DNA of 64,000 bases from the human T2T-CHM13v2.0 reference genome, Homo sapiens. The translations under genes were made by a program, and so were the position numbers. This document shows, piece by piece, positions 38,469 through 50,231 of the stretch. The number at the start of each line of letters is the position of its first letter. Position 1 is the first letter of the stretch. The stretch lies in assembly GCF_009914755.1 (NCBI RefSeq), contig NC_060934.1. One strand, 5' to 3'. Under the pieces are notes generated by a model that was not told the origin of the DNA, did no database searches, and saw only the letters and a program-made list of their open reading frames with translations.

Positions 38469-41400
38469 TAATTTGCAAGTGGAGATTTCAAGCGATTTGA
38501 GGCTAATCTTTGAAATGGAAATATCTTCGTGTAAAAACTACACAGAATCATTCTCAGAAACTGCTTTGTCATCTGTGCGTTCAGTTCACAGAGTTTCACC
38601 TTTCTCTTCATAGAGCAGTTTGGAAAGACTCTGTCTGTAAAGTCTGCAAGTGATTAGTTAGACCCCTTTGAGGCCTTCGTTGGAAGCGGGATTTCTCATT
38701 TACTGCTAGACAGAAGAATTCTCAGTAAATCCTTTGTGTTGTGTGTATTCAACTCACAGAGTGGAACCTTCCTTTATTCAGAGCAGTTTTGAAACACTCT
38801 TTTTGTGGAATTTGCAAGTGGAGATTTCAAGCGATTTGACGCCAATCTTAGACATGGAAATATCTTCATATTAAAAGTACACAGAGTCATTCGTAGAAAC
38901 TAGTTTGTGATGTGTGCCTTCAACTCACAGAGTTTAACCTTTCTTTTCATAGAGCAGTTGGGAAACACTCTATTTGTAAAGTCTGCAAGTGGATATTTGG
39001 ACCTCTTTGAGGCCTTCGTTGGAAACGGGATTTCTTCATATAACGCTAGACAGAAGAATTCTCAGTAACTTCTTTGTGTTGTGTGTATTCAACTCACAGA
39101 GTTGAACCTTTCTTTAGAGGGAGCAGAGGTGAAACACTCTTTTTGTGGAATTTGCTAGTGTAGATTTCAAACGCTTCGAAGACAGTGATAGAAAAGGATA
39201 TATCTTCGTATTAAAAGTAGACAAAATCATTCTCAGAAAACTCTTTGTGATGTGTGTGTTCAACTCACAGAGTTTAACCTTTCTTTAATCGAGCAGTTTG
39301 GAAATACACTCTTTGTAAGTCTGCAGGTGGATATTTGGCCCTCTTTGAGCCCTTCGTTGGAAACGGGATTTCCTCATATAATGCTAGACAGAAGAATTCT
39401 CAGTAACTTCTTTGTGTTGTTTGTATTCAACACACAGATTTGAACCTTCCTTTAGAGAGAGCAGATTTGAAACACTCTGTTTTTGGAATTTGCAAGTGCA
39501 GATTTCAAGCGCTTCTAGGCCTATGGCAGAAAAGGAAATATCTTCGTATAAAAACTACACAGAATCATTCTCAACAACTACTTTGTGATGTGTGCGTTCA
39601 ACTCACAGAGTTTAACCTTTCTTTTCATAGAGCAGTTTGGAAACACTCTGTTTGTAAAGCCTGCAAGTGCTTTTTTGGACTTCATTGAGGCCTTCGTTGG
39701 AAACGGGATTTCTTCATATAATGCTAGACAGAAGAATTCTCAGTCACTTCTTTGTGTTGTGTGTATTCAAGTCACAGAGTTGAACCTTCCTTTAGACAGA
39801 GCAGTTTTGAAAAATTCTTTCTGTGGAGTTTGCAAGTGGAGATTTCAAGCGATTTGAGGCTAATCTTTGAAATGGAAATATCTTCGTGTAAAAACTACAC
39901 AGAATCATTCTCAGAAACTGCTTTGTCATCTGTGCGTTCAGTTCACAGAGTTTCACCTTTCTCTTCATAGAGCAGTTTGGAAAGACTCTGTCTGTAAAGT
40001 CTGCAAGTGATTAGTTAGACCCCTTTGAGGCCTTCGTTGGAAGCGGGATTTCTCATTTACTGCTAGACAGAAGAATTCTCAGTAAATCCTTTGTGTTGTG
40101 TGTATTCAACTCACAGAGTGGAACCTTCCTTTATTCAGAGCAGTTTTGAAAAACACTTTTTGTGGAATTTGCAAGTGGAGATTTCAAGCGATTTGACGCC
40201 AATCTTAGACATGGAAATATCTTCATATTAAAAGTACACAGAGTCATTCGTAGAAACTAGTTTGTGATGTGTGCCTTCAACTCACAGAGTTTAACCTTTC
40301 TTTTCATAGAGCAGTTGGGAAACACTCTATTTGTAAAGTCTGCAAGTGGATATTTGGACCTCTTTGAGGCCTTCGTTGGAAACGGGATTTCTTCATATAA
40401 CGCTAGACAGAAGAATTCTCAGTAACTTCTTTGTGTTGTGTGTATTCAACTCACAGAGTTGAACCTTTCTTTAGAGAGAGCAGAGTTGAAACACTCTGTT
40501 TTTGGAATTTGCAAGTGCAGATTTCAAGCGATTCTAGGCCTATGGCAGAAAAGGAAATATCTTCGTATAAAAACTACACAGAATCATTCTCAACAACTAC
40601 TTTGTGATGTGTGCGTTCAACTCACAGAGTTTAACCTTTCTTTTCATAGAGCAGTTTGGAAACACTCTGTTTGTAAAGCCTGCAAGTGCTTTTTTGGACT
40701 TCATTGAGGCCTTCGTTGGAAACGGGATTTCTTCATATAATGCTAGACAGAAGAATTCTCAGTCACTTCTTTGTGTTGTGTGTATTCAAGTCACAGAGTT
40801 GAACCTTCCTTTAGACAGAGCAGTTTTGAAAAATTCTTTCTGTGTAATTTGCAAGTGGAGATTTCAAGCGATTTGAGGCTAATCTTTGAAATGGAAATAT
40901 CTTCGTGTAAAAACTACACAGAATCATTCTCAGAAACTGCTTTGTCATCTGTGCGTTCAGTTCACAGAGTTTCACCTTTCTCTTCATAGAGCAGTTTGGA
41001 AAGACTCTGTCTGTAAAGTCTGCAAGTGATTAGTTAGACCCCTTTGAGGCCTTCGTTGGAAGCGGGATTTCTCATTTACTGCTAGACAGAAGAATTCTCA
41101 GTAAATCCTTTGTGTTGTGTGTATTCAACTCACAGAGTGGAACCTTCCTTTATTCAGAGCAGTTTTGAAACACTCTTTTTGTGGAATTTGCAAGTGGAGA
41201 TTTCAAGCGATTTGACGCCAATCTTAGACATGGAAATATCTTCATATTAAAAGTACACAGAGTCATTCGTAGAAACTAGTTTGTGATGTGTGCCTTCAAC
41301 TCACAGAGTTTAACCTTTCTTTTCATAGAGCAGTTGGGAAACACTCTATTTGTAAAGTCTGCAAGTGGATATTTGGACCTCTTTGAGGCCTTCGTTGGAA

Positions 41401-42067
41401 ACGGGATTTCTTCATATAACGCTAGACAGAAGAATTCTCAGTAACTTCTTTGTGTTGTGTGTATTCAACTCACAGAGTTGAACCTTTCTTTAGAGGGAGC
41501 AGAGGTGAAACACTCTTTTTGTGGAATTTGCTAGTGTAGATTTCAAACGCTTCGAAGACAGTGATAGAAAAGGATATATCTTCGTATTAAAAGTAGACAA
41601 AATCATTCTCAGAAAACTCTTTGTGATGTGTGTGTTCAACTCACAGAGTTTAACCTTTCTTTAATCGAGCAGTTTGGAAATACACTCTTTGTAAGTCTGC
41701 AGGTGGATATTTGGCCCTCTTTGAGCCCTTCGTTGGAAACGGGATTTCCTCATATAATGCTAGACAGAAGAATTCTCAGTAACTTCTTTGTGTTGTTTGT
41801 ATTCAACACACAGATTTGAACCTTCCTTTAGAGAGAGCAGATTTGAAACACTCTGTTTTTGGAATTTGCAAGTGCAGATTTCAAGCGCTTCTAGGCCTAT
41901 GGCAGAAAAGGAAATATCTTCGTATAAAAACTACACAGAATCATTCTCAACAACTACTTTGTGATGTGTGCGTTCAACTCACAGAGTTTAACCTTTCTTT
42001 TCATAGAGCAGTTTGGAAACACTCTGTTTGTAAAGCCTGCAAGTGCTTTTTTGGACTTCATTGAGGC

Positions 42068-42084
42068 CTTCGTTGGAAACGAGA
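42068..42084 (+). promoter_or_regulatory. Mutant CENP-B box (CGGG>CGAG), copy 1
   Basis: CTTCGTTGGAAACGAGA, A at 42082, within the essential CGGG. Confidence 0.9.
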
Positions 42085-45000
42085 TTTCTTCATATAATGC
42101 TAGACAGAAGAATTCTCAGTCACTTCTTTGTGTTGTGTGTATTCAAGTCACAGAGTTGAACCTTCCTTTAGACAGAGCAGTTTTGAAAAATTCTTTCTGT
42201 GGAGTTTGCAAGTGGAGATTTCAAGCGATTTGAGGCTAATCTTTGAAATGGAAATATCTTCGTGTAAAAACTACACAGAATCATTCTCAGAAACTGCTTT
42301 GTCATCTGTGCGTTCAGTTCACAGAGTTTCACCTTTCTCTTCATAGAGCAGTTTGGAAAGACTCTGTCTGTAAAGTCTGCAAGTGATTAGTTAGACCCCT
42401 TTGAGGCCTTCGTTGGAAGCGGGATTTCTCATTTACTGCTAGACAGAAGAATTCTCAGTAAATCCTTTGTGTTGTGTGTATTCAACTCACAGAGTGGAAC
42501 CTTCCTTTATTCAGAGCAGTTTTGAAAAACACTTTTTGTGGAATTTGCAAGTGGAGATTTCAAGCGATTTGACGCCAATCTTAGACATGGAAATATCTTC
42601 ATATTAAAAGTACACAGAGTCATTCGTAGAAACTAGTTTGTGATGTGTGCCTTCAACTCACAGAGTTTAACCTTTCTTTTCATAGAGCAGTTTGGAAACA
42701 CTCTATTTGTAAAGTCTGCAAGTGGATATTTGGACCTCTTTGAGGCCTTCGTTGGAAACGGGATTTCTTCATACAACGCTAGACAGAAGAATTCTCAGTA
42801 ACTTCTTTGTGTTGTGTGTATTCAACTCACAGAGTTGAACCTTTCTTTAGAGAGAGCAGAGTTGAAACACTCTGTTTTTGGAATTTGCAACTGCAGATTT
42901 CAAGCGATTCTAGGCCTATGGCAGAAAAGGAAATATCTTCGTATAAAAACTACACAGAATCATTCTCAACAACTACTTTGTGATGTGTGCGTTCAACTCA
43001 CAGAGTTTAACCTTTCTTTTCATAGAGCAGTTTGGAAACACTCTGTTTGTAAAGCCTGCAAGTGCTTTTTTGGACTTCATTGAGGCCTTCGTTGGAAACG
43101 GGATTTCTTCATATAATGCTAGACAGAAGAATTCTCAGTCACTTCTTTGTGTTGTGTGTATTCAAGTCACAGAGTTGAACCTTCCTTTAGACAGAGCAGT
43201 TTTGAAAAATTCTTTCTGTGTAATTTGCAAGTGGAGATTTCAAGCGATTTGAGGCTAATCTTTGAAATGGAAATATCTTCGTGTAAAAACTACACAGAAT
43301 CATTCTCAGAAACTGCTTTGTCATCTGTGCGTTCAGTTCACAGAGTTTCACCTTTCTCTTCATAGAGCAGTTTGGAAAGACTCTGTCTGTAAAGTCTGCA
43401 AGTGATTAGTTAGACCCCTTTGAGGCCTTCGTTGGAAGCGGGATTTCTCATTTACTGCTAGACAGAAGAATTCTCAGTAAATCCTTTGTGTTGTGTGTAT
43501 TCAACTCACAGAGTGGAACCTTCCTTTATTCAGAGCAGTTTTGAAACACTCTTTTTGTGGAATTTGCAAGTGGAGATTTCAAGCGATTTGACGCCAATCT
43601 TAGACATGGAAATATCTTCATATTAAAAGTACACAGAGTCATTCGTAGAAACTAGTTTGTGATGTGTGCCTTCAACTCACAGAGTTTAACCTTTCTTTTC
43701 ATAGAGCAGTTGGGAAACACTCTATTTGTAAAGTCTGCAAGTGGATATTTGGACCTCTTTGAGGCCTTCGTTGGAAACGGGATTTCTTCATATAACGCTA
43801 GACAGAAGAATTCTCAGTAACTTCTTTGTGTTGTGTGTATTCAACTCACAGAGTTGAACCTTTCTTTAGAGGGAGCAGAGGTGAAACACTCTTTTTGTGG
43901 AATTTGCTAGTGTAGATTTCAAACGCTTCGAAGACAGTGATAGAAAAGGATATATCTTCGTATTAAAAGTAGACAAAATCATTCTCAGAAAACTCTTTGT
44001 GATGTGTGTGTTCAACTCACAGAGTTTAACCTTTCTTTAATCGAGCAGTTTGGAAATACACTCTTTGTAAGTCTGCAGGTGGATATTTGGCCCTCTTTGA
44101 GCCCTTCGTTGGAAACGGGATTTCCTCATATAATGCTAGACAGAAGAATTCTCAGTAACTTCTTTGTGTTGTTTGTATTCAACACACAGATTTGAACCTT
44201 CCTTTAGAGAGAGCAGATTTGAAACACTCTGTTTTTGGAATTTGCAAGTGCAGATTTCAAGCGCTTCTAGGCCTATGGCAGAAAAGGAAATATCTTCGTA
44301 TAAAAACTACACAGAATCATTCTCAACAACTACTTTGTGATGTGTGCGTTCAACTCACAGAGTTTAACCTTTCTTTTCATAGAGCAGTTTGGAAACACTC
44401 TGTTTGTAAAGCCTGCAAGTGCTTTTTTGGACTTCATTGAGGCCTTCGTTGGAAACGGGATTTCTTCATATAATGCTAGACAGAAGAATTCTCAGTCACT
44501 TCTTTGTGTTGTGTGTATTCAAGTCACAGAGTTGAACCTTCCTTTAGACAGAGCAGTTTTGAAAAATTCTTTCTGTGGAGTTTGCAAGTGGAGATTTCAA
44601 GCGATTTGAGGCTAATCTTTGAAATGGAAATATCTTCGTGTAAAAACTACACAGAATCATTCTCAGAAACTGCTTTGTCATCTGTGCGTTCAGTTCACAG
44701 AGTTTCACCTTTCTCTTCATAGAGCAGTTTGGAAAGACTCTGTCTGTAAAGTCTGCAAGTGATTAGTTAGACCCCTTTGAGGCCTTCGTTGGAAGCGGGA
44801 TTTCTCATTTACTGCTAGACAGAAGAATTCTCAGTAAATCCTTTGTGTTGTGTGTATTCAACTCACAGAGTGGAACCTTCCTTTATTCAGAGCAGTTTTG
44901 AAAAACACTTTTTGTGGAATTTGCAAGTGGAGATTTCAAGCGATTTGACGCCAATCTTAGACATGGAAATATCTTCATATTAAAAGTACACAGAGTCATT

Positions 45001-46819
45001 CGTAGAAACTAGTTTGTGATGTGTGCCTTCAACTCACAGAGTTTAACCTTTCTTTTCATAGAGCAGTTGGGAAACACTCTATTTGTAAAGTCTGCAAGTG
45101 GATATTTGGACCTCTTTGAGGCCTTCGTTGGAAACGGGATTTCTTCATATAACGCTAGACAGAAGAATTCTCAGTAACTTCTTTGTGTTGTGTGTATTCA
45201 ACTCACAGAGTTGAACCTTTCTTTAGAGAGAGCAGAGTTGAAACACTCTGTTTTTGGAATTTGCAAGTGCAGATTTCAAGCGATTCTAGGCCTATGGCAG
45301 AAAAGGAAATATCTTCGTATAAAAACTACACAGAATCATTCTCAACAACTACTTTGTGATGTGTGCGTTCAACTCACAGAGTTTAACCTTTCTTTTCATA
45401 GAGCAGTTTGGAAACACTCTGTTTGTAAAGCCTGCAAGTGCTTTTTTGGACTTCATTGAGGCCTTCGTTGGAAACGGGATTTCTTCATATAATGCTAGAC
45501 AGAAGAATTCTCAGTCACTTCTTTGTGTTGTGTGTATTCAAGTCACAGAGTTGAACCTTCCTTTAGACAGAGCAGTTTTGAAAAATTCTTTCTGTGTAAT
45601 TTGCAAGTGGAGATTTCAAGCGATTTGAGGCTAATCTTTGAAATGGAAATATCTTCGTGTAAAAACTACACAGAATCATTCTCAGAAACTGCTTTGTCAT
45701 CTGTGCGTTCAGTTCACAGAGTTTCACCTTTCTCTTCATAGAGCAGTTTGGAAAGACTCTGTCTGTAAAGTCTGCAAGTGATTAGTTAGACCCCTTTGAG
45801 GCCTTCGTTGGAAGCGGGATTTCTCATTTACTGCTAGACAGAAGAATTCTCAGTAAATCCTTTGTGTTGTGTGTATTCAACTCACAGAGTGGAACCTTCC
45901 TTTATTCAGAGCAGTTTTGAAACACTCTTTTTGTGGAATTTGCAAGTGGAGATTTCAAGCGATTTGACGCCAATCTTAGACATGGAAATATCTTCATATT
46001 AAAAGTACACAGAGTCATTCGTAGAAACTAGTTTGTGATGTGTGCCTTCAACTCACAGAGTTTAACCTTTCTTTTCATAGAGCAGTTGGGAAACACTCTA
46101 TTTGTAAAGTCTGCAAGTGGATATTTGGACCTCTTTGAGGCCTTCGTTGGAAACGGGATTTCTTCATATAACGCTAGACAGAAGAATTCTCAGTAACTTC
46201 TTTGTGTTGTGTGTATTCAACTCACAGAGTTGAACCTTTCTTTAGAGGGAGCAGAGGTGAAACACTCTTTTTGTGGAATTTGCTAGTGTAGATTTCAAAC
46301 GCTTCGAAGACAGTGATAGAAAAGGATATATCTTCGTATTAAAAGTAGACAAAATCATTCTCAGAAAACTCTTTGTGATGTGTGTGTTCAACTCACAGAG
46401 TTTAACCTTTCTTTAATCGAGCAGTTTGGAAATACACTCTTTGTAAGTCTGCAGGTGGATATTTGGCCCTCTTTGAGCCCTTCGTTGGAAACGGGATTTC
46501 CTCATATAATGCTAGACAGAAGAATTCTCAGTAACTTCTTTGTGTTGTTTGTATTCAACACACAGATTTGAACCTTCCTTTAGAGAGAGCAGATTTGAAA
46601 CACTCTGTTTTTGGAATTTGCAAGTGCAGATTTCAAGCGCTTCTAGGCCTATGGCAGAAAAGGAAATATCTTCGTATAAAAACTACACAGAATCATTCTC
46701 AACAACTACTTTGTGATGTGTGCGTTCAACTCACAGAGTTTAACCTTTCTTTTCATAGAGCAGTTTGGAAACACTCTGTTTGTAAAGCCTGCAAGTGCTT
46801 TTTTGGACTTCATTGAGGC

Positions 46820-46836
46820 CTTCGTTGGAAACGAGA
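46820..46836 (+). promoter_or_regulatory. Mutant CENP-B box (CGGG>CGAG), copy 2
   Basis: A at 46834. Confidence 0.9.
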
Positions 46837-47880
46837 TTTCTTCATATAATGCTAGACAGAAGAATTCTCAGTCACTTCTTTGTGTTGTGTGTATTCAAGT
46901 CACAGAGTTGAACCTTCCTTTAGACAGAGCAGTTTTGAAAAATTCTTTCTGTGGAGTTTGCAAGTGGAGATTTCAAGCGATTTGAGGCTAATCTTTGAAA
47001 TGGAAATATCTTCGTGTAAAAACTACACAGAATCATTCTCAGAAACTGCTTTGTCATCTGTGCGTTCAGTTCACAGAGTTTCACCTTTCTCTTCATAGAG
47101 CAGTTTGGAAAGACTCTGTCTGTAAAGTCTGCAAGTGATTAGTTAGACCCCTTTGAGGCCTTCGTTGGAAGCGGGATTTCTCATTTACTGCTAGACAGAA
47201 GAATTCTCAGTAAATCCTTTGTGTTGTGTGTATTCAACTCACAGAGTGGAACCTTCCTTTATTCAGAGCAGTTTTGAAAAACACTTTTTGTGGAATTTGC
47301 AAGTGGAGATTTCAAGCGATTTGACGCCAATCTTAGACATGGAAATATCTTCATATTAAAAGTACACAGAGTCATTCGTAGAAACTAGTTTGTGATGTGT
47401 GCCTTCAACTCACAGAGTTTAACCTTTCTTTTCATAGAGCAGTTTGGAAACACTCTATTTGTAAAGTCTGCAAGTGGATATTTGGACCTCTTTGAGGCCT
47501 TCGTTGGAAACGGGATTTCTTCATACAACGCTAGACAGAAGAATTCTCAGTAACTTCTTTGTGTTGTGTGTATTCAACTCACAGAGTTGAACCTTTCTTT
47601 AGAGAGAGCAGAGTTGAAACACTCTGTTTTTGGAATTTGCAACTGCAGATTTCAAGCGATTCTAGGCCTATGGCAGAAAAGGAAATATCTTCGTATAAAA
47701 ACTACACAGAATCATTCTCAACAACTACTTTGTGATGTGTGCGTTCAACTCACAGAGTTTAACCTTTCTTTTCATAGAGCAGTTTGGAAACACTCTGTTT
47801 GTAAAGCCTGCAAGTGCTTTTTTGGACTTCATTGAGGCCTTCGTTGGAAACGGGATTTCTTCATATAATGCTAGACAGAA

Positions 47881-48899
47881 GAATTCTCAGTCACTTCTTT
47901 GTGTTGTGTGTATTCAAGTCACAGAGTTGAACCTTCCTTTAGACAGAGCAGTTTTGAAAAATTCTTTCTGTGTAATTTGCAAGTGGAGATTTCAAGCGAT
48001 TTGAGGCTAATCTTTGAAATGGAAATATCTTCGTGTAAAAACTACACAGAATCATTCTCAGAAACTGCTTTGTCATCTGTGCGTTCAGTTCACAGAGTTT
48101 CACCTTTCTCTTCATAGAGCAGTTTGGAAAGACTCTGTCTGTAAAGTCTGCAAGTGATTAGTTAGACCCCTTTGAGGCCTTCGTTGGAAGCGGGATTTCT
48201 CATTTACTGCTAGACAGAAGAATTCTCAGTAAATCCTTTGTGTTGTGTGTATTCAACTCACAGAGTGGAACCTTCCTTTATTCAGAGCAGTTTTGAAACA
48301 CTCTTTTTGTGGAATTTGCAAGTGGAGATTTCAAGCGATTTGACGCCAATCTTAGACATGGAAATATCTTCATATTAAAAGTACACAGAGTCATTCGTAG
48401 AAACTAGTTTGTGATGTGTGCCTTCAACTCACAGAGTTTAACCTTTCTTTTCATAGAGCAGTTGGGAAACACTCTATTTGTAAAGTCTGCAAGTGGATAT
48501 TTGGACCTCTTTGAGGCCTTCGTTGGAAACGGGATTTCTTCATATAACGCTAGACAGAAGAATTCTCAGTAACTTCTTTGTGTTGTGTGTATTCAACTCA
48601 CAGAGTTGAACCTTTCTTTAGAGAGAGCAGAGTTGAAACACTCTGTTTTTGGAATTTGCAAGTGCAGATTTCAAGCGATTCTAGGCCTATGGCAGAAAAG
48701 GAAATATCTTCGTATAAAAACTACACAGAATCATTCTCAACAACTACTTTGTGATGTGTGCGTTCAACTCACAGAGTTTAACCTTTCTTTTCATAGAGCA
48801 GTTTGGAAACACTCTGTTTGTAAAGCCTGCAAGTGCTTTTTTGGACTTCATTGAGGCCTTCGTTGGAAACGGGATTTCTTCATATAATGCTAGACAGAA
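47881..48899 (+). repeat. Chimeric 6-mer HOR (8-mer 5' part fused to 6-mer 3' part)
   Basis: A 1019-bp unit with 8-mer alleles at the 5' end (CTGTGTAATT near 47970, GAAACACTCTTTTT at 48295-48308) and 6-mer alleles from 48624 onward. Confidence 0.88.
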
Positions 48900-50214
48900 G
48901 AATTCTCAGTCACTTCTTTGTGTTGTGTGTATTCAAGTCACAGAGTTGAACCTTCCTTTAGACAGAGCAGTTTTGAAAAATTCTTTCTGTGTAATTTGCA
49001 AGTGGAGATTTCAAGCGATTTGAGGCTAATCTTTGAAATGGAAATATCTTCGTGTAAAAACTACACAGAATCATTCTCAGAAACTGCTTTGTCATCTGTG
49101 CGTTCAGTTCACAGAGTTTCACCTTTCTCTTCATAGAGCAGTTTGGAAAGACTCTGTCTGTAAAGTCTGCAAGTGATTAGTTAGACCCCTTTGAGGCCTT
49201 CGTTGGAAGCGGGATTTCTCATTTACTGCTAGACAGAAGAATTCTCAGTAAATCCTTTGTGTTGTGTGTATTCAACTCACAGAGTGGAACCTTCCTTTAT
49301 TCAGAGCAGTTTTGAAACACTCTTTTTGTGGAATTTGCAAGTGGAGATTTCAAGCGATTTGACGCCAATCTTAGACATGGAAATATCTTCATATTAAAAG
49401 TACACAGAGTCATTCGTAGAAACTAGTTTGTGATGTGTGCCTTCAACTCACAGAGTTTAACCTTTCTTTTCATAGAGCAGTTGGGAAACACTCTATTTGT
49501 AAAGTCTGCAAGTGGATATTTGGACCTCTTTGAGGCCTTCGTTGGAAACGGGATTTCTTCATATAACGCTAGACAGAAGAATTCTCAGTAACTTCTTTGT
49601 GTTGTGTGTATTCAACTCACAGAGTTGAACCTTTCTTTAGAGGGAGCAGAGGTGAAACACTCTTTTTGTGGAATTTGCTAGTGTAGATTTCAAACGCTTC
49701 GAAGACAGTGATAGAAAAGGATATATCTTCGTATTAAAAGTAGACAAAATCATTCTCAGAAAACTCTTTGTGATGTGTGTGTTCAACTCACAGAGTTTAA
49801 CCTTTCTTTAATCGGGCAGTTTGGAAATACACTCTTTGTAAGTCTGCAGGTGGATATTTGGCCCTCTTTGAGCCCTTCGTTGGAAACGGGATTTCCTCAT
49901 ATAATGCTAGACAGAAGAATTCTCAGTAACTTCTTTGTGTTGTTTGTATTCAACACACAGATTTGAACCTTCCTTTAGAGAGAGCAGATTTGAAACACTC
50001 TGTTTTTGGAATTTGCAAGTGCAGATTTCAAGCGCTTCTAGGCCTATGGCAGAAAAGGAAATATCTTCGTATAAAAACTACACAGAATCATTCTCAACAA
50101 CTACTTTGTGATGTGTGCGTTCAACTCACAGAGTTTAACCTTTCTTTTCATAGAGCAGTTTGGAAACACTCTGTTTGTAAAGCCTGCAAGTGCTTTTTTG
50201 GACTTCATTGAGGC

Positions 50215-50231
50215 CTTCGTTGGAAACGAGA
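50215..50231 (+). promoter_or_regulatory. Mutant CENP-B box (CGGG>CGAG), copy 3
   Basis: A at 50229. Confidence 0.9.

Larger units (their letters stand above)
38140..48623 (+). repeat. 28-mer (4752 bp) tandem duplication A
   Basis: The CAAGTGCAG-type 6-mer (40515/45267) and the mutant CENP-B box (42082/46834) recur at 4752 bp, not at 2376 bp. Confidence 0.88.
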
